A stretch of 64,000 nt of DNA, taken from assembly GCA_947473125.1 (NCBI GenBank), contig CANJDH010000014.1, positions 470 through 64,469 on the forward strand, written 5' to 3'. Every line of letters starts with the position of its first letter. The first letter of the stretch is position 1. Positions 1 through 9,720 of this stretch are shown here, piece after piece. The translations under genes were made by a program, and so were the position numbers. Origin of the DNA: Burkholderiales bacterium (lineage in GTDB: Bacteria; Pseudomonadota; Gammaproteobacteria; Burkholderiales; JAEUOS01). Below the pieces are notes generated by a model, which did no database searches, was not told where the DNA came from, and was given only the letters and a program-made list of their open reading frames with translations.

Positions 1-253
1 CCTGCCGAAGGTGCGGCGCAAGGCGATCAGCCGCACCGCGCGGGCCTATGAAGGTGTGATCGAAGGCGTGATTCGCGATGGCATCAGGTCGGGCGAACTG
101 GCGCCGGCGACCGACCCGCGCCTCGCCACCCTGGCATTGCTCGGCATGTGCAACGAAGCGACCCGATGGATCAACACCGCGCGTGGTGCCGGCGTCGAAG
201 AGACTGCGCGTGCGTTCAGCCGATTGCTGCTCGACGGACTGATTCGTCGCTAA
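1..253 (+). CDS. TetR/AcrR-family transcriptional regulator, C-terminal part (5' end outside window)
   Basis: Reading frame of ORF 11..253 is open to the window edge. Helical TetR-like C-terminal sequence. It sits directly upstream of an acyl-CoA ligase/ABC operon, a typical TetR context. Confidence 0.55.
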   Translation, partial: LPKVRRKAISRTARAYEGVIEGVIRDGIRSGELAPATDPRLATLALLGMCNEATRWINTARGAGVEETARAFSRLLLDGLIRR

Positions 254-297
254 GGCGGCCCCACGCTGACAGGCGTCGTCCGAGCCGGTACAATCAA

Positions 298-316
298 AAT
301 TCAATAGGTTTATAGA
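298..316. promoter_or_regulatory. Operator-like dyad AATTCAATAGGTTTATAGA between the TetR gene and the acyl-CoA ligase
   Basis: TCWATA-N4-TATWGA dyad. It is nearly identical to the reverse complement of 8371..8392. Confidence 0.4.
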
Positions 317-331
317 GAACCGCTGCCGCGC

Positions 332-2248
332 ATGAACCCCACCGTCCGCCTGCGCCAGAGCACTGCCCCGCGCGTGTTGTGCGCGCGTGCGCGCGCCGAG
401 CCGGCACGGATTGCGTTGCGCGCCAAGCGCCTCGGCCTGTATGAGGAGCGCACCTGGCGGGGTCTGGCCGTGCTGGTGGCGCGCGTCGCCAACGGGCTTG
501 CGGCAATCGGTGTGGCCAAGGGCGACCGCGTGGCCATCATGGGCGACGCCTGCGAAGAGTGGCTGGTGTGCGACCTGGCCGCCCAGGCGCTCGGCGCGAT
601 CACCTACGGCATTTACCCGACGGCCTCGATGGCGGAGGTCGAACACCAGATGCGCGACGGCGGCGCGAAAGTCTTCGTCGCCGAAAATCAGGAATACGTC
701 GACAAGATCCTGCCGCTGGCGGATGCGCTGCCGCAGCTGGCGTCGATCATCGTGATCGACACCAACGCGATGTTCAGCTACGACGATGTGCGCCTCACAC
801 CCTATGCGGCGCTGGTGGATGGAAATGCGCGGGGCGGCGCGGTGGACGACGGTGCGGACGACGCGTTTCTGGCCGGGCTTGAGGTGCGCGCGGCTGCGCT
901 CCATCCCGACGATCCGGCCTTCATCGTCTACACCTCGGGCACCACCGGTGCGCCCAAGGGCGCGCTGGTGTCGCATGGGCGCCATCTGGCGGGGGCTGCC
1001 AACATGGTGGCGCACTATCCGCTGCTCGATGAAGCCGGGTTGCGCACGGTGGTGTTCCTGCCGCTGTGCCATGTGCTCGGCCGCGACCTGGCGATCACGC
1101 TGCCGCTGATCGCCGGCGTGGTGCCGCATTTTGGCGAGAGTGTCGAAGACCTCGCCACCACCCTGCATGAAGTCGCGCCGGATTTCCTGGTGCTGGTGCC
1201 GCGCTATTTGCAGAAATTCGCAGCCCAGGTGCTGATCGGCGTCACCAATACCTCGCCGGCCAAGCGCCGCGTGCATCAGGCGGCAATGCGCGTCGGCCGC
1301 CGGTTCGCGCGGGCCCGCTGGGACAGGGGGCCGGTGTCGTCGCCGCTGCTTTCGCTGGCTTACGCGGCGTGCCGGCTGCTCTCGTTCAAGCCGGTGTTAA
1401 GCAAGCTCGGCTTCGACCGCCTGCGCCTGGTGATTTCGGGGGGCGCTGCGCTGTCGCCCGAGACGGCGGCGTTCTGGCAGATCCTTGGGGTCAACGTCTG
1501 CGAGGTGTATGGCCAGACCGAGGAAGCCGGTGCCATCATTACCGGGCAGCGCGGGCCGTTCCCGCGCCCCGGCAATGTCGGCACGCTGGCGCAGGGCTGG
1601 GAGTTGAAACTCGACCCGGAAAATGGCGAGATCCTGCTCAAGGGCGACCATGTGTTCGACGGCTACTGGAACCAGCCCGAAGCGAGCGCCGAGGCGTGGC
1701 GCGACGGCTGGCTTGCTACCGGCGACGTCGGCGCGTGGGACGATGCGCAGCCCGGCCATCTCAAACTGGTGGACCGCGCGCGCGACTTCATCGTCACCTC
1801 GGGCGGCAAGACGCTGTCTCCCTCGTTCATCGAAAACATCCTGCGCGGCAGCCCGTATATCGGCGAGGCGATGGTGATCGGCCACGCGCGCAAGTACCTC
1901 ACCGCATTGATCGAGATCGATGCCGACACGGTGGCCGACTGGGCGCGCGCCAATGACGTCTCCTACACCGGCTTTACCAGCCTGACTGCCGAGGTGCGCG
2001 TGGTCGACCTGATCGGCGCCGAGATCGCACGCGCCAACACCGAGCTCGCGCGCGTCGAGCAGATCAAGCAGTTCCGCATCCTGCCCAAGGCGCTCGACCC
2101 GGAGGAAGAGGGCGAGCCGGTCACGCCGACGCGCAAGTTGAAGCGCGCTCTGATGATTACGCGCTTCGAAGCGCTGGTCGAAGCCATGTACGACGACAAC
2201 GAAGAACGCGCGCTGGCCGATGCTGCCGGCGCCACACTTGATGCTTGA
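332..2248 (+). CDS. AMP-dependent synthetase / long-chain (or aromatic) acyl-CoA ligase
   Basis: 638-aa ORF with the AMP-binding signature YTSGTTGAPKG, GWLATGD, and C-terminal PTRKLKR typical of FadD-like ligases. Confidence 0.85.
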   Translation: MNPTVRLRQSTAPRVLCARARAEPARIALRAKRLGLYEERTWRGLAVLVARVANGLAAIGVAKGDRVAIMGDACEEWLVCDLAAQALGAITYGIYPTASMAEVEHQMRDGGAKVFVAENQEYVDKILPLADALPQLASIIVIDTNAMFSYDDVRLTPYAALVDGNARGGAVDDGADDAFLAGLEVRAAALHPDDPAFIVYTSGTTGAPKGALVSHGRHLAGAANMVAHYPLLDEAGLRTVVFLPLCHVLGRDLAITLPLIAGVVPHFGESVEDLATTLHEVAPDFLVLVPRYLQKFAAQVLIGVTNTSPAKRRVHQAAMRVGRRFARARWDRGPVSSPLLSLAYAACRLLSFKPVLSKLGFDRLRLVISGGAALSPETAAFWQILGVNVCEVYGQTEEAGAIITGQRGPFPRPGNVGTLAQGWELKLDPENGEILLKGDHVFDGYWNQPEASAEAWRDGWLATGDVGAWDDAQPGHLKLVDRARDFIVTSGGKTLSPSFIENILRGSPYIGEAMVIGHARKYLTALIEIDADTVADWARANDVSYTGFTSLTAEVRVVDLIGAEIARANTELARVEQIKQFRILPKALDPEEEGEPVTPTRKLKRALMITRFEALVEAMYDDNEERALADAAGATLDA

Positions 2249-2275
2249 CACCACCACTATCCAAAGGAGAAAACC

Positions 2276-3454
2276 ATGACGAGACATGCCCTGAAACCAT
2301 TGGTGGGAGCGACTCTTGCCGCAATTTCCCTCTGCAGCGGCGGATTCGCCAGCGCGCAGGACGCCTACCTGATCGGCGTTTCCGGCGCGATGACCGGCTC
2401 GGCCGCTGCCACCTACGCCCCGGTGGTCGAATCGATGCGCGCCTACATCGACCACATCAACAGCAAGGGCGGGATCAACGGCAGGCAGGTCAAGCTGGTG
2501 ATCAGCGACAACCAGGGGGAAGCCTCGAAGGCCGCGGCCGATGCCAAGAAGCTGCTCACGCAAGACAAGGTGCTGATGCTGGTCAATGCGAGCCTGTCGT
2601 CAACCTATGCGCCGATGGTGGCCGAGGCGAAGCGCGCGAATGTGCCGGTGTTCTACGCCGGCGCGGTGTGCCCCAAGGAAACCTATCCGCCGGCTGACCC
2701 GCTGCAGTTCTGCTCGACCGCGTTCGGGGCGCAGTACGACAGCCAGATGGCACTCGCCACGGTGAAGGAGATGGCCAAGGAACCGGTGCGGATCGGCTTT
2801 TCGGCGATGGCGATTCCGCTGTCGCGCGGTGAAATCGATTATGCCGAAGGCCTCTCCAAAACCATGGGCATGACGCCGGTGGACAAGCAGATCGTGCCGC
2901 CGCCGACGCCTGACTACACGCCGTTCGCGACCAAACTCAAGGACGCGAACCCGAACTGGGTCTACTCGTGGGCGCCGTGGGTCACGCAAGTGCGCACTCT
3001 CGAGTCGCTGCGCCGCCTCGGCTGGAACGGCCGCTACATCGCCTACGCCCACCTGAATGCCGAAGACGAACTGGCGCGCCTGAAGGACAACGAGTTCTAC
3101 GTGTTCGGCACCAACGCGTTCTTCCAGGACAACCTGCCGATCCAGGCCGAACTGCGTGCCGTGATGCACCGCGCCAAGCTCAATTACCCGATTACGCAAT
3201 TGTCGGAAGGCTACATTGCCGGGCTGGTGCTCGAAGCCGCCCTCAAAGGCGCGGGCTGGCCGACCACGGCGGCGAAAGTGCAGGCCTCGATGAGCAACCT
3301 CAAGGTCGATACCAAGGGCCTGCGCGGCGGGCCGATCGAATGGACCCGCGACAACCACTTCCGCACCAAACAGCACTATCGCGTCTACAAGTGGGACACC
3401 AGCAAAGGCGCGATCACACGCGTCAAGGACTGGACAGCGGTTGAGGTGAAATGA
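2276..3454 (+). CDS. ABC transporter periplasmic substrate-binding protein (LivK/branched-chain amino-acid type, family often used for aromatic acids)
   Basis: AAGGAG-type RBS (caaaggagaaaaccATG). N-terminal signal peptide ending ASAQD. Type-I periplasmic binding protein sequence style. Followed by LivHMGF-like genes. Confidence 0.85.
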   Translation: MTRHALKPLVGATLAAISLCSGGFASAQDAYLIGVSGAMTGSAAATYAPVVESMRAYIDHINSKGGINGRQVKLVISDNQGEASKAAADAKKLLTQDKVLMLVNASLSSTYAPMVAEAKRANVPVFYAGAVCPKETYPPADPLQFCSTAFGAQYDSQMALATVKEMAKEPVRIGFSAMAIPLSRGEIDYAEGLSKTMGMTPVDKQIVPPPTPDYTPFATKLKDANPNWVYSWAPWVTQVRTLESLRRLGWNGRYIAYAHLNAEDELARLKDNEFYVFGTNAFFQDNLPIQAELRAVMHRAKLNYPITQLSEGYIAGLVLEAALKGAGWPTTAAKVQASMSNLKVDTKGLRGGPIEWTRDNHFRTKQHYRVYKWDTSKGAITRVKDWTAVEVK

Positions 3455-3498
3455 CCGGCGCGGCGCACTGCCCGGTGCCGAAGCACTGCGCGTAATCG

Positions 3499-4371
3499 AT
3501 GCAGCTCGTTGTCAACATCGCCGTCCTCGCATCGATCTACGCGCTGATCAGTTGCGGTTATGTGCTGATCTACCGGGTCAGCCGGGTGCTGTCGCTGGCG
3601 CATGGCGAGCTGATGATGCTGGGCGCGTATGGCCTGGTCACCACCGCTTCGCTGTTCGCCGCGCAGCCCGGCGTTGCCGTGGCGGCTGCCGGGCTGCTGG
3701 CGGCTGCCACCGGCGCGCTGGTCTACTGGGTGCTGATGCGGCGCATGACCGGCGAGGCGGTGCTGGCGGCGGTGCTGGCCACGATCGCACTGGGCATTTT
3801 GCTGCGCGGTGCGATGGTGCTGATCTGGTCGGCCCAGGTGCAGCATCCGGCGCGCATGCTGGGCTTCGACAATCCGGTGGTGGCACTGCCGGGTGGGGCG
3901 CGGCTATCCACCATCAGCCTGCTGCTGGTCGGCATGAACGCGCTGGTGTATCTCGCGCTCTGGTGGTTTCTGACTCGCACGCGCTACGGCATCGCGATGC
4001 GCGCCGCGGGCCAGAACCCGCGCCTCGCGGCGCAGCGCGGCATCAACCTGCATGCGGTGTACGCGCTGGCCTGGGGCATCGCGGTGTTTACCGGCGGCCT
4101 GACCGGCATCCTGATCGCGTGCGACGCAGGGTTGGATGCCACCATGGCCACCATCGGCCTCAAGGCGTTTCCGGCCGCGCTGGTCGGCGGGCTCGACAGC
4201 CTCGTCGGCGCGCTGTGCGGCGCGGTCATCGTGGCGACCGCCGAAGTGCTGCTGATCCATTACGTGGACCCGCTGCTCTCCGATGTGGTGCCGTTTCTGG
4301 TGTTGACGGCGATGCTGATCGTGCGCCCCTGGGGCCTGTTCGGCTCCAGGGAAGAACTGGACCGGGTGTAA
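3499..4371 (+). CDS. ABC transporter permease (LivH-like)
   Basis: 290-aa polytopic membrane protein in a LivH-like operon position. Confidence 0.85.
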   Translation: MQLVVNIAVLASIYALISCGYVLIYRVSRVLSLAHGELMMLGAYGLVTTASLFAAQPGVAVAAAGLLAAATGALVYWVLMRRMTGEAVLAAVLATIALGILLRGAMVLIWSAQVQHPARMLGFDNPVVALPGGARLSTISLLLVGMNALVYLALWWFLTRTRYGIAMRAAGQNPRLAAQRGINLHAVYALAWGIAVFTGGLTGILIACDAGLDATMATIGLKAFPAALVGGLDSLVGALCGAVIVATAEVLLIHYVDPLLSDVVPFLVLTAMLIVRPWGLFGSREELDRV

Positions 4372-4373
4372 CG

Positions 4374-5456
4374 ATGCCCCACGCCAGCGGCTACTTTCGC
4401 ACCACCTATGGCCAGGACACGCGTCTCGTCGATACCCGCACGCAGCGCGTGGCGGCAGGCGCATTTATCTGTGCGCTGATTGCCTTGCCCTGGCTGGCGA
4501 ACCCGTTTGTGCTTGACCTTGCCAACCAGACCCTGCTGGCGGTGGTGGGTGCGGTGGCGCTGATGCTGCTGACCGGTTTTGCCGGGCAGATTTCGCTCGG
4601 CCACGCGGGCCTGATGGCGGCGGGCGCGTTTTGCACCGGTATCCTGTCCAAGGAACTGGGCGCGTCGATCTGGCTCACGCTGCCGGCTTCGGCCGCCACC
4701 GGCGCCTTGCTCGGTGTGATCTTCGGGCTGCCGTCGTTGCGTCTGCGCGGTTTGTACCTGGCAGTGAGCACGCTGGCGCTGCATTTCATCGTGATCTACC
4801 TGGGCCACGAATACGAAACCCGGCGCGGCTTTTCCACCGGCATCGTGATCGACCCGCCGCGGGTATTCGGGTGGGAACTGGTGGACGGGCGCGCCTGGTA
4901 TGTCGTGTTCCTGATCGCCGCAGGCGGCACCGTGCTGATCGCCCTCAACTGGTTGCGTTCGCGTACCGGGCGTGCCTGGCGCGCGCTGCACGGTCGCGAA
5001 GCGGTGGCCGAAGCGCTCGGCATCCATGTGCCGCTATACAAGCTGCTGGCGTTTGTGGCCAGTTCGACCCTGACGGCGATGCTCGGCTGCCTGTTCGCCT
5101 ACTACCGCGGGTTCGTCTCGGGCGAGGCGTTCTCGCTGTTCCTGTCGATCCAGTATGTGGCGATGGTGATCATCGGCGGCATGGGGTCAATTGCGGGCGC
5201 GGTGATGGGCGCGGTGTTTGTCACCCTGTTTCCCTACGGCATCGAATGGCTGGTCGGCCTGGTGAGCGAGGCATTGCCGGAAATGCGTGGCCTGCAGAAT
5301 GCGGTGTTCGCGATCAACTATGCCGCATTCGGTTTGGTGATGATCTTGTTTCTGGTGTTCGAGCCCCAGGGCCTGGCCGGCATCTGGCGGCGTGTGCAGG
5401 CCTATTTTTTGATGTGGCCGTTCAAGCAAAAGCCGCTGTCGGGAGGAGGCAAATGA
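4374..5456 (+). CDS. ABC transporter permease (LivM-like)
   Basis: Internal ATG at 4374, 2 nt after the livH-like stop, in the frame of the 3552..5456 track ORF. The hydrophobic LivM-like sequence (GQISLGHAGLMAAGAF) starts here. The upstream part of the track ORF is out-of-frame overlap of the previous gene. Confidence 0.8.
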   Translation: MPHASGYFRTTYGQDTRLVDTRTQRVAAGAFICALIALPWLANPFVLDLANQTLLAVVGAVALMLLTGFAGQISLGHAGLMAAGAFCTGILSKELGASIWLTLPASAATGALLGVIFGLPSLRLRGLYLAVSTLALHFIVIYLGHEYETRRGFSTGIVIDPPRVFGWELVDGRAWYVVFLIAAGGTVLIALNWLRSRTGRAWRALHGREAVAEALGIHVPLYKLLAFVASSTLTAMLGCLFAYYRGFVSGEAFSLFLSIQYVAMVIIGGMGSIAGAVMGAVFVTLFPYGIEWLVGLVSEALPEMRGLQNAVFAINYAAFGLVMILFLVFEPQGLAGIWRRVQAYFLMWPFKQKPLSGGGK

Positions 5457-6256
5457 ACGTCGCCGTGCCGCTGCTGCAGGTCGATGCCATCGAAGTGGCC
5501 TACCACCGCGTGATGACGGCGGTGCAGGGCGTGTCACTGCAGGTTGGGGCCGGGCAACTGGTGGCGTTGATGGGCACCAACGGCGCCGGCAAGACCACCG
5601 TGTTGCGCGCGATTTCGGGCTTTCTCGGGCTTGACGATGCGCGCGTGACGGCGGGCTCCATCCGCTTCATGGGTGAATCGATCGAAAACCTCGCGCCGCA
5701 CCGGGTGACGGCACTCGGCATTGCGCTGGTGCCCGAACGCGACAAGGTGTTCGATAACCTCACCGTAGCCGAAAACCTCGAGGCCGCCGCAACGCCGCGC
5801 CGCGCCGATCGTGCGGCCCTGCTTGAGATGGTGCATGCGCAGTTTCCGCGGCTCGCGCAATTGGCCAAACGCGAAGCGGGGTACCTGTCCGGCGGCGAGC
5901 GCCAGATGCTGGCCATCGGCAGTGCGTTGATGTGCGCACCCAAGCTGCTGCTGGTCGACGAGCTCTCGCAAGGGCTGGCGCCGCTGATCGTGCAGGAACT
6001 GATACACAAGCTGTTGGCGTTGCGTGACCAGCTGGGCCTTACCATCCTGCTGGTCGAGCAGAACGCACGCGTTGCGCTTGACGCGGCCGACCACGGCTAT
6101 GTGATTGAAAACGGCCGCATCGTGCTCGACGGCGATGCCGCGAAGCTCGGTGAGCATCAGGACATTCGCGAGTTTTATCTCGGGCAAGGCGGGGCTGAGC
6201 GCAAGAACTATCGCGACGTCAAGCAATACAAACGCAGCAGGCGGTGGTATGGCTGA
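5453..6256 (+). CDS. ABC transporter ATP-binding protein (LivF-like)
   Basis: ATGA-type overlap with the permease stop. Walker A GTNGAGKTT, signature LSGGERQ, Walker B LLLVDE. Confidence 0.85.
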   Translation: MNVAVPLLQVDAIEVAYHRVMTAVQGVSLQVGAGQLVALMGTNGAGKTTVLRAISGFLGLDDARVTAGSIRFMGESIENLAPHRVTALGIALVPERDKVFDNLTVAENLEAAATPRRADRAALLEMVHAQFPRLAQLAKREAGYLSGGERQMLAIGSALMCAPKLLLVDELSQGLAPLIVQELIHKLLALRDQLGLTILLVEQNARVALDAADHGYVIENGRIVLDGDAAKLGEHQDIREFYLGQGGAERKNYRDVKQYKRSRRWYG

Positions 6257-7031
6257 TCAGCGTAGCGCCAGCGTGCTCAGCGTCGACAACATTTCGCTGG
6301 CGTTCGGCGGCCTCACGGTGTTTCATGACGTGTCGTTCGAGGTCAAACCCGGCGAACTGGTGGCGCTGATCGGCCCGAACGGTGCCGGCAAAACCAGCGT
6401 ACTCAATTGCGTCGGCGGCATCTATCAACCTCTGCAGGGCAGCGTGCGGTTCGGCGCTGCGCTCCTCAACGGCCTGCGCCCCTCGCGCATTGCGGCACTG
6501 GGCGTGGCGCGCACTTTTCAGCATGCCGAGCTGTTCGCACACATGAGCGTGGTCGACAATCTGCTGATCGGGCGCCACCTCGGTATCCGCAGTTCGTTTC
6601 TGGGGGAGGCGCTGTTCTCGCGCCGTACCCGCGACGAAGAAGCGGCGCAGCGCCGCGCCGTCGAGGAAGTGATCGAATTTGTCGAGCTCGAGCGTTACCG
6701 CCACGAACCTGTCGGCAACCTGTCGTTCGGTTTGCAGAAGGTGATCGGATTTGCGCGCGCGCTGGCCATGAATCCGTCGCTGATGCTGCTCGACGAGCCT
6801 TCGGCGGGACTGAACCGCGAGGAGAAGGAGGACCTCGCGCGCTTCATCCTGCGCGTCAAGCACGAGAAGGGGCCTGCCATGCTATGGGTGGAGCATGACA
6901 TGCAGATGGTCGCCGACCTTGCCGACCGGATCGTCGTGCTTAACTATGGTGAGCTTCTCACGCAAGGGGATCCCGCTGTCGTGCTGGCTGACCCGCGCGT
7001 GATCGAGGCCTACCTCGGCACGCCGGCCTGA
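6249..7031 (+). CDS. ABC transporter ATP-binding protein (LivG-like)
   Basis: Start at ATG 6249 (8-nt overlap with the previous gene). Walker A GPNGAGKTS, ARTFQ Q-loop, Walker B LMLLDEP. Confidence 0.85.
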   Translation: MADQRSASVLSVDNISLAFGGLTVFHDVSFEVKPGELVALIGPNGAGKTSVLNCVGGIYQPLQGSVRFGAALLNGLRPSRIAALGVARTFQHAELFAHMSVVDNLLIGRHLGIRSSFLGEALFSRRTRDEEAAQRRAVEEVIEFVELERYRHEPVGNLSFGLQKVIGFARALAMNPSLMLLDEPSAGLNREEKEDLARFILRVKHEKGPAMLWVEHDMQMVADLADRIVVLNYGELLTQGDPAVVLADPRVIEAYLGTPA

Positions 7032-7230
7032 CCGGCCTGCATTGACTATGCGTTCGCCCAGAATACTGCCCACCATTTGGATAGGGGCGGATGGGTGCGG
7101 ATGGGCGAAATTGTGGTTGACGCCGGCACCGCCCGTACCGCGCGCTGGCGCAGCGCGGTCGCGGACGGCAACTTCGATCTTGACGAGGGCGAATCGACCT
7201 TTGAAATCCGGCCGAGTTAGACCGCGCCGC

Positions 7231-8337
7231 TCAGGCCGAGCCCCAGACTTTTTCAGCGGTGCTGGTGAGCAGCCTGAGTTTGGCAATTTCATCGTCCAGC
7301 GTCACGTCGTTGCCGCCCACCGTGCTGGCAAAGCCGCACTGCGGGCAGATGCCAAGCTGCGATAAATCGATGTACTTGGTTGCCAGGTCGATGCGACGGC
7401 GCAGCACATCCACCGATTCGAGCACCGGTGACTTGGTGGTGATCAGGCCGAGCGACACCGATTTGGTTTTTGGCACATGGCGCAGTGGTGCAAAGTCGCC
7501 GGCACGGTCGGTGTCGTATTCGAGCAGGAACACGTCGATGTCGAGGTCGTTGAACATGCGCTCGGCGATAGCGTCATAGCCGCCCTCGGAAAGATACTTG
7601 CCCTTGAAGTTGCCGCGGCACAGGTGCATGGCCGTGGTCATGCCGGCGGGCCGCTCCTTGACCGCCTCATTGGTGACCTTGATATATTCAGTCATCAATT
7701 CCTGCCAGTCATACCCTTGCGCCTTGACCGCGTCCCGTACCTTCGGGTCGCACAGCATCACCAGCGGCACTTCGTCGATCTGGATATGGCGGCAACCGAG
7801 CGCCCCCAGCGCCGCGATCTCTTCGCGGAAGATGCGCGCGAGGTCGGCAAGGTAGGTCTTGTAGTCGGGGTAGGCAGATGCCGCGATGCTCTCGCGCCCG
7901 CCATAGAAATGCAGGGTGGACGGCGAGGGCATCGTCACCTTGCCCGGCAGGATGGTGTGCTTTGCGAGAAAGGCGTATTCGTCGGTCGAGATCCCCTGGG
8001 TGCGTTGCAGAGGTGACAAGACATCCGCGGCTGTGAACTCGGATTCGTGGCCGTGGTCGTCGTGAAACTTGAACGCGGCCTTGCGGATGCCGAAGCCCTG
8101 CACCTTGGCGACCCAGTGGCCCCAGTACGAGCCGCGCCGGAACTCGCCGTCGTTCGCCACTTTCAGACCGACATCCTCCTGCAACTTCAGTACGTCGAGT
8201 ATGGCGGCGTCCTGAATGGCGCTAAACTCCGCGTCCGTGATCTGTTTTCGAGCATGCAATTTGAAAGCCTCGCGCAGGTTTTCGGGGCGCAGCAGGCTGC
8301 CGACATGGTCGGCGCGAAACGGTGGGGTGGCGGACAT
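7231..8337 (-). CDS. Core MetE-like protein (cobalamin-independent methionine synthase C-terminal-domain family, COG0620-like), paralogue 1
   Basis: Start moved to ATG 8337 (AGGAG 8 nt upstream). ~368 aa, only one MetE barrel. Zn-ligand motifs MHLCRGN, LEYD, PQCGF are conserved. Confidence 0.8.
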   Translation of the reverse strand: MSATPPFRADHVGSLLRPENLREAFKLHARKQITDAEFSAIQDAAILDVLKLQEDVGLKVANDGEFRRGSYWGHWVAKVQGFGIRKAAFKFHDDHGHESEFTAADVLSPLQRTQGISTDEYAFLAKHTILPGKVTMPSPSTLHFYGGRESIAASAYPDYKTYLADLARIFREEIAALGALGCRHIQIDEVPLVMLCDPKVRDAVKAQGYDWQELMTEYIKVTNEAVKERPAGMTTAMHLCRGNFKGKYLSEGGYDAIAERMFNDLDIDVFLLEYDTDRAGDFAPLRHVPKTKSVSLGLITTKSPVLESVDVLRRRIDLATKYIDLSQLGICPQCGFASTVGGNDVTLDDEIAKLRLLTSTAEKVWGSA

Positions 8338-8370
8338 GGCGGTTTCTCCTGGCAAAGAACGGGGACGCCA

Positions 8371-8392
8371 AATTCTATAACACTATTGAATT
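8371..8392. promoter_or_regulatory. Operator-like dyad AATTCTATAACACTATTGAATT in the metE-like/maiA divergent promoter
   Basis: Imperfect palindrome. Its reverse complement AATTCAATAGTGTTATAGAATT matches 298..316 at 17 of 19 positions. Confidence 0.4.
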
Positions 8393-8404
8393 CGGAGTGG
8401 CCCG

Positions 8405-9040
8405 ATGAAGCTCTATACCTATTTTCGTTCCTCCGCCACCTATCGCGTGCGCATCGCGATGAATCTGAAGGGCCTGGCCTACGAGCCCGAGTTCATCCAC
8501 CTCGCCAAGGGCCGGCACAATGAAGCCGCCTACGCTGCGGTGAACCCCGCGAAGCTGGTGCCGGCGCTGATCGATGATGGCAACCTGCTCACCCAGTCGC
8601 TGGCGATCATGGAGTATCTGGATGAAACCCATCCGGCCAGGCCGTTGTTGCCCACGTCGCCGCTGGACCGCGCCCGGGTGCGCGCGCTGTCGCTCCTGAT
8701 CGCCTGCGAGATCCACCCGATCAACAACCTGCGGGTCCTCAAATACCTGAACGGCACGCTCAAGGTGACCGAAGACCAAAAGAACGCCTGGTACCGCCAT
8801 TGGGTCGAAGATGGCCTCGCCAAGCTCGAGGCGATGCTTTCTGACGGAAAAACCGGAAAGTTCTGCCATGGCGACACGCCGGGCATGGCCGATTGCTGCC
8901 TGATCCCGCAAATCGCCAACGGCAAGCGCTTCGACTGCGATTTTTCGCACGTACCCACCGTGATGCGTATCTGGGACGCGTGCAACCAGGAAGAAGCGTT
9001 TCAAAAGGCGGCGCCACAACACCAGCCGGACAACGAATAG
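8405..9040 (+). CDS. maiA: Maleylacetoacetate/maleylpyruvate isomerase (zeta-class glutathione S-transferase)
   Basis: 211 aa. N-terminal YFRSSATYRVRIAMNLKG and QSLAIMEYLDE are zeta-GST hallmarks. Neighbour of gentisate dioxygenase. Confidence 0.85.
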   Translation: MKLYTYFRSSATYRVRIAMNLKGLAYEPEFIHLAKGRHNEAAYAAVNPAKLVPALIDDGNLLTQSLAIMEYLDETHPARPLLPTSPLDRARVRALSLLIACEIHPINNLRVLKYLNGTLKVTEDQKNAWYRHWVEDGLAKLEAMLSDGKTGKFCHGDTPGMADCCLIPQIANGKRFDCDFSHVPTVMRIWDACNQEEAFQKAAPQHQPDNE

Positions 9041-9064
9041 GCCATTACAAAGCGGCATTGCAGC

Positions 9065-9079
9065 TAGACCGGAAATGCC
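9065..9079. promoter_or_regulatory. Shared 15-mer TAGACCGGAAATGCC upstream of dctQM-gentisate dioxygenase
   Basis: Exact copy of 18846..18860. It is embedded in the inverted repeat CGGCATT-N14-AATGCCG (9053..9080). Confidence 0.4.
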
Positions 9080-9186
9080 GTATCTGAAAACCGGGACAAC
9101 GGTGCACAATAACGCCGTAGCGGGTGCGCGGCGCGCTCGTCGCTATGCCGCCTGAGAGGAGATAGCATGTCGAAAGAGGGGATTCC

Positions 9187-9720
9187 ATGAGCCAGGCATC
9201 GGGGGCCGGCAACGCGATCTACGCCCTGGCGCGCTGGTTCTGCTACATCGGCGGCACCATCATGACGGCGCTGGCGATCATGTCGGTGTACAGCGTGGCG
9301 ATTCGTGCGCTCGGCTTCAAGCCGGTGCAAGGCGATTTCGAGCTGGTACAGATCGGCTGCGCCGTCGCCGTGGCGTCGTTCCTGCCGTGGTGCCAGTTGA
9401 AGGGCGGCAACATCATTGTCGATTTTTTCACCATGGGCGCCTCGGCGCGCACCCAATCGCGCCTCGACGCATTCGGTGCGCTGACGGTCGCAGTCGTGTT
9501 GGGCATCATGGCCTGGCGCACCGGCGTGGGTGCTGCCTCGGTGAAGTCGGCCGGTGAGTCGTCGATGCTGATGGGCGTGCCGATCTGGTGGGCTTACGCG
9601 GGCATGGTGCCAGGCCTGGCGCTGGGCGCCGCGGCGGGCGTGCTGACGGCCGTCGAGCATTGGCGTGCCGCTGCAGGCGGCGTGGCTGCGGCTGACGCCA
9701 AACCGGGGCAGGCCGCATGA
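9187..9720 (+). CDS. dctQ: TRAP transporter small permease subunit
   Basis: 177-aa 4-TM protein. ATGA overlap with the following DctM gene. Confidence 0.8.
   Translation: MSQASGAGNAIYALARWFCYIGGTIMTALAIMSVYSVAIRALGFKPVQGDFELVQIGCAVAVASFLPWCQLKGGNIIVDFFTMGASARTQSRLDAFGALTVAVVLGIMAWRTGVGAASVKSAGESSMLMGVPIWWAYAGMVPGLALGAAAGVLTAVEHWRAAAGGVAAADAKPGQAA

Noticed and set aside
3552-5456. 634-aa ORF spanning two permease genes
   Set aside because: The first 274 codons are an out-of-frame overlap of the LivH-like gene (Arg/Gly/Ala-rich nonsense). LivM-like sequence begins at ATG 4374, right after the livH-like stop.
7100-7125. Short tandem GCGGATGGG x2 in the 199-bp spacer after the ABC operon
   Set aside because: There are only two copies in GC-rich DNA, with no associated structure or ORF. 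It is likely chance.
8338-8404. Possible SAM or cobalamin riboswitch upstream of the metE-like genes (also 13368..13538)
   Set aside because: The spacers are short (67 bp, and about 170 bp shared with a divergent gene). I see none of the conserved cores (for example a B12 box). No support.
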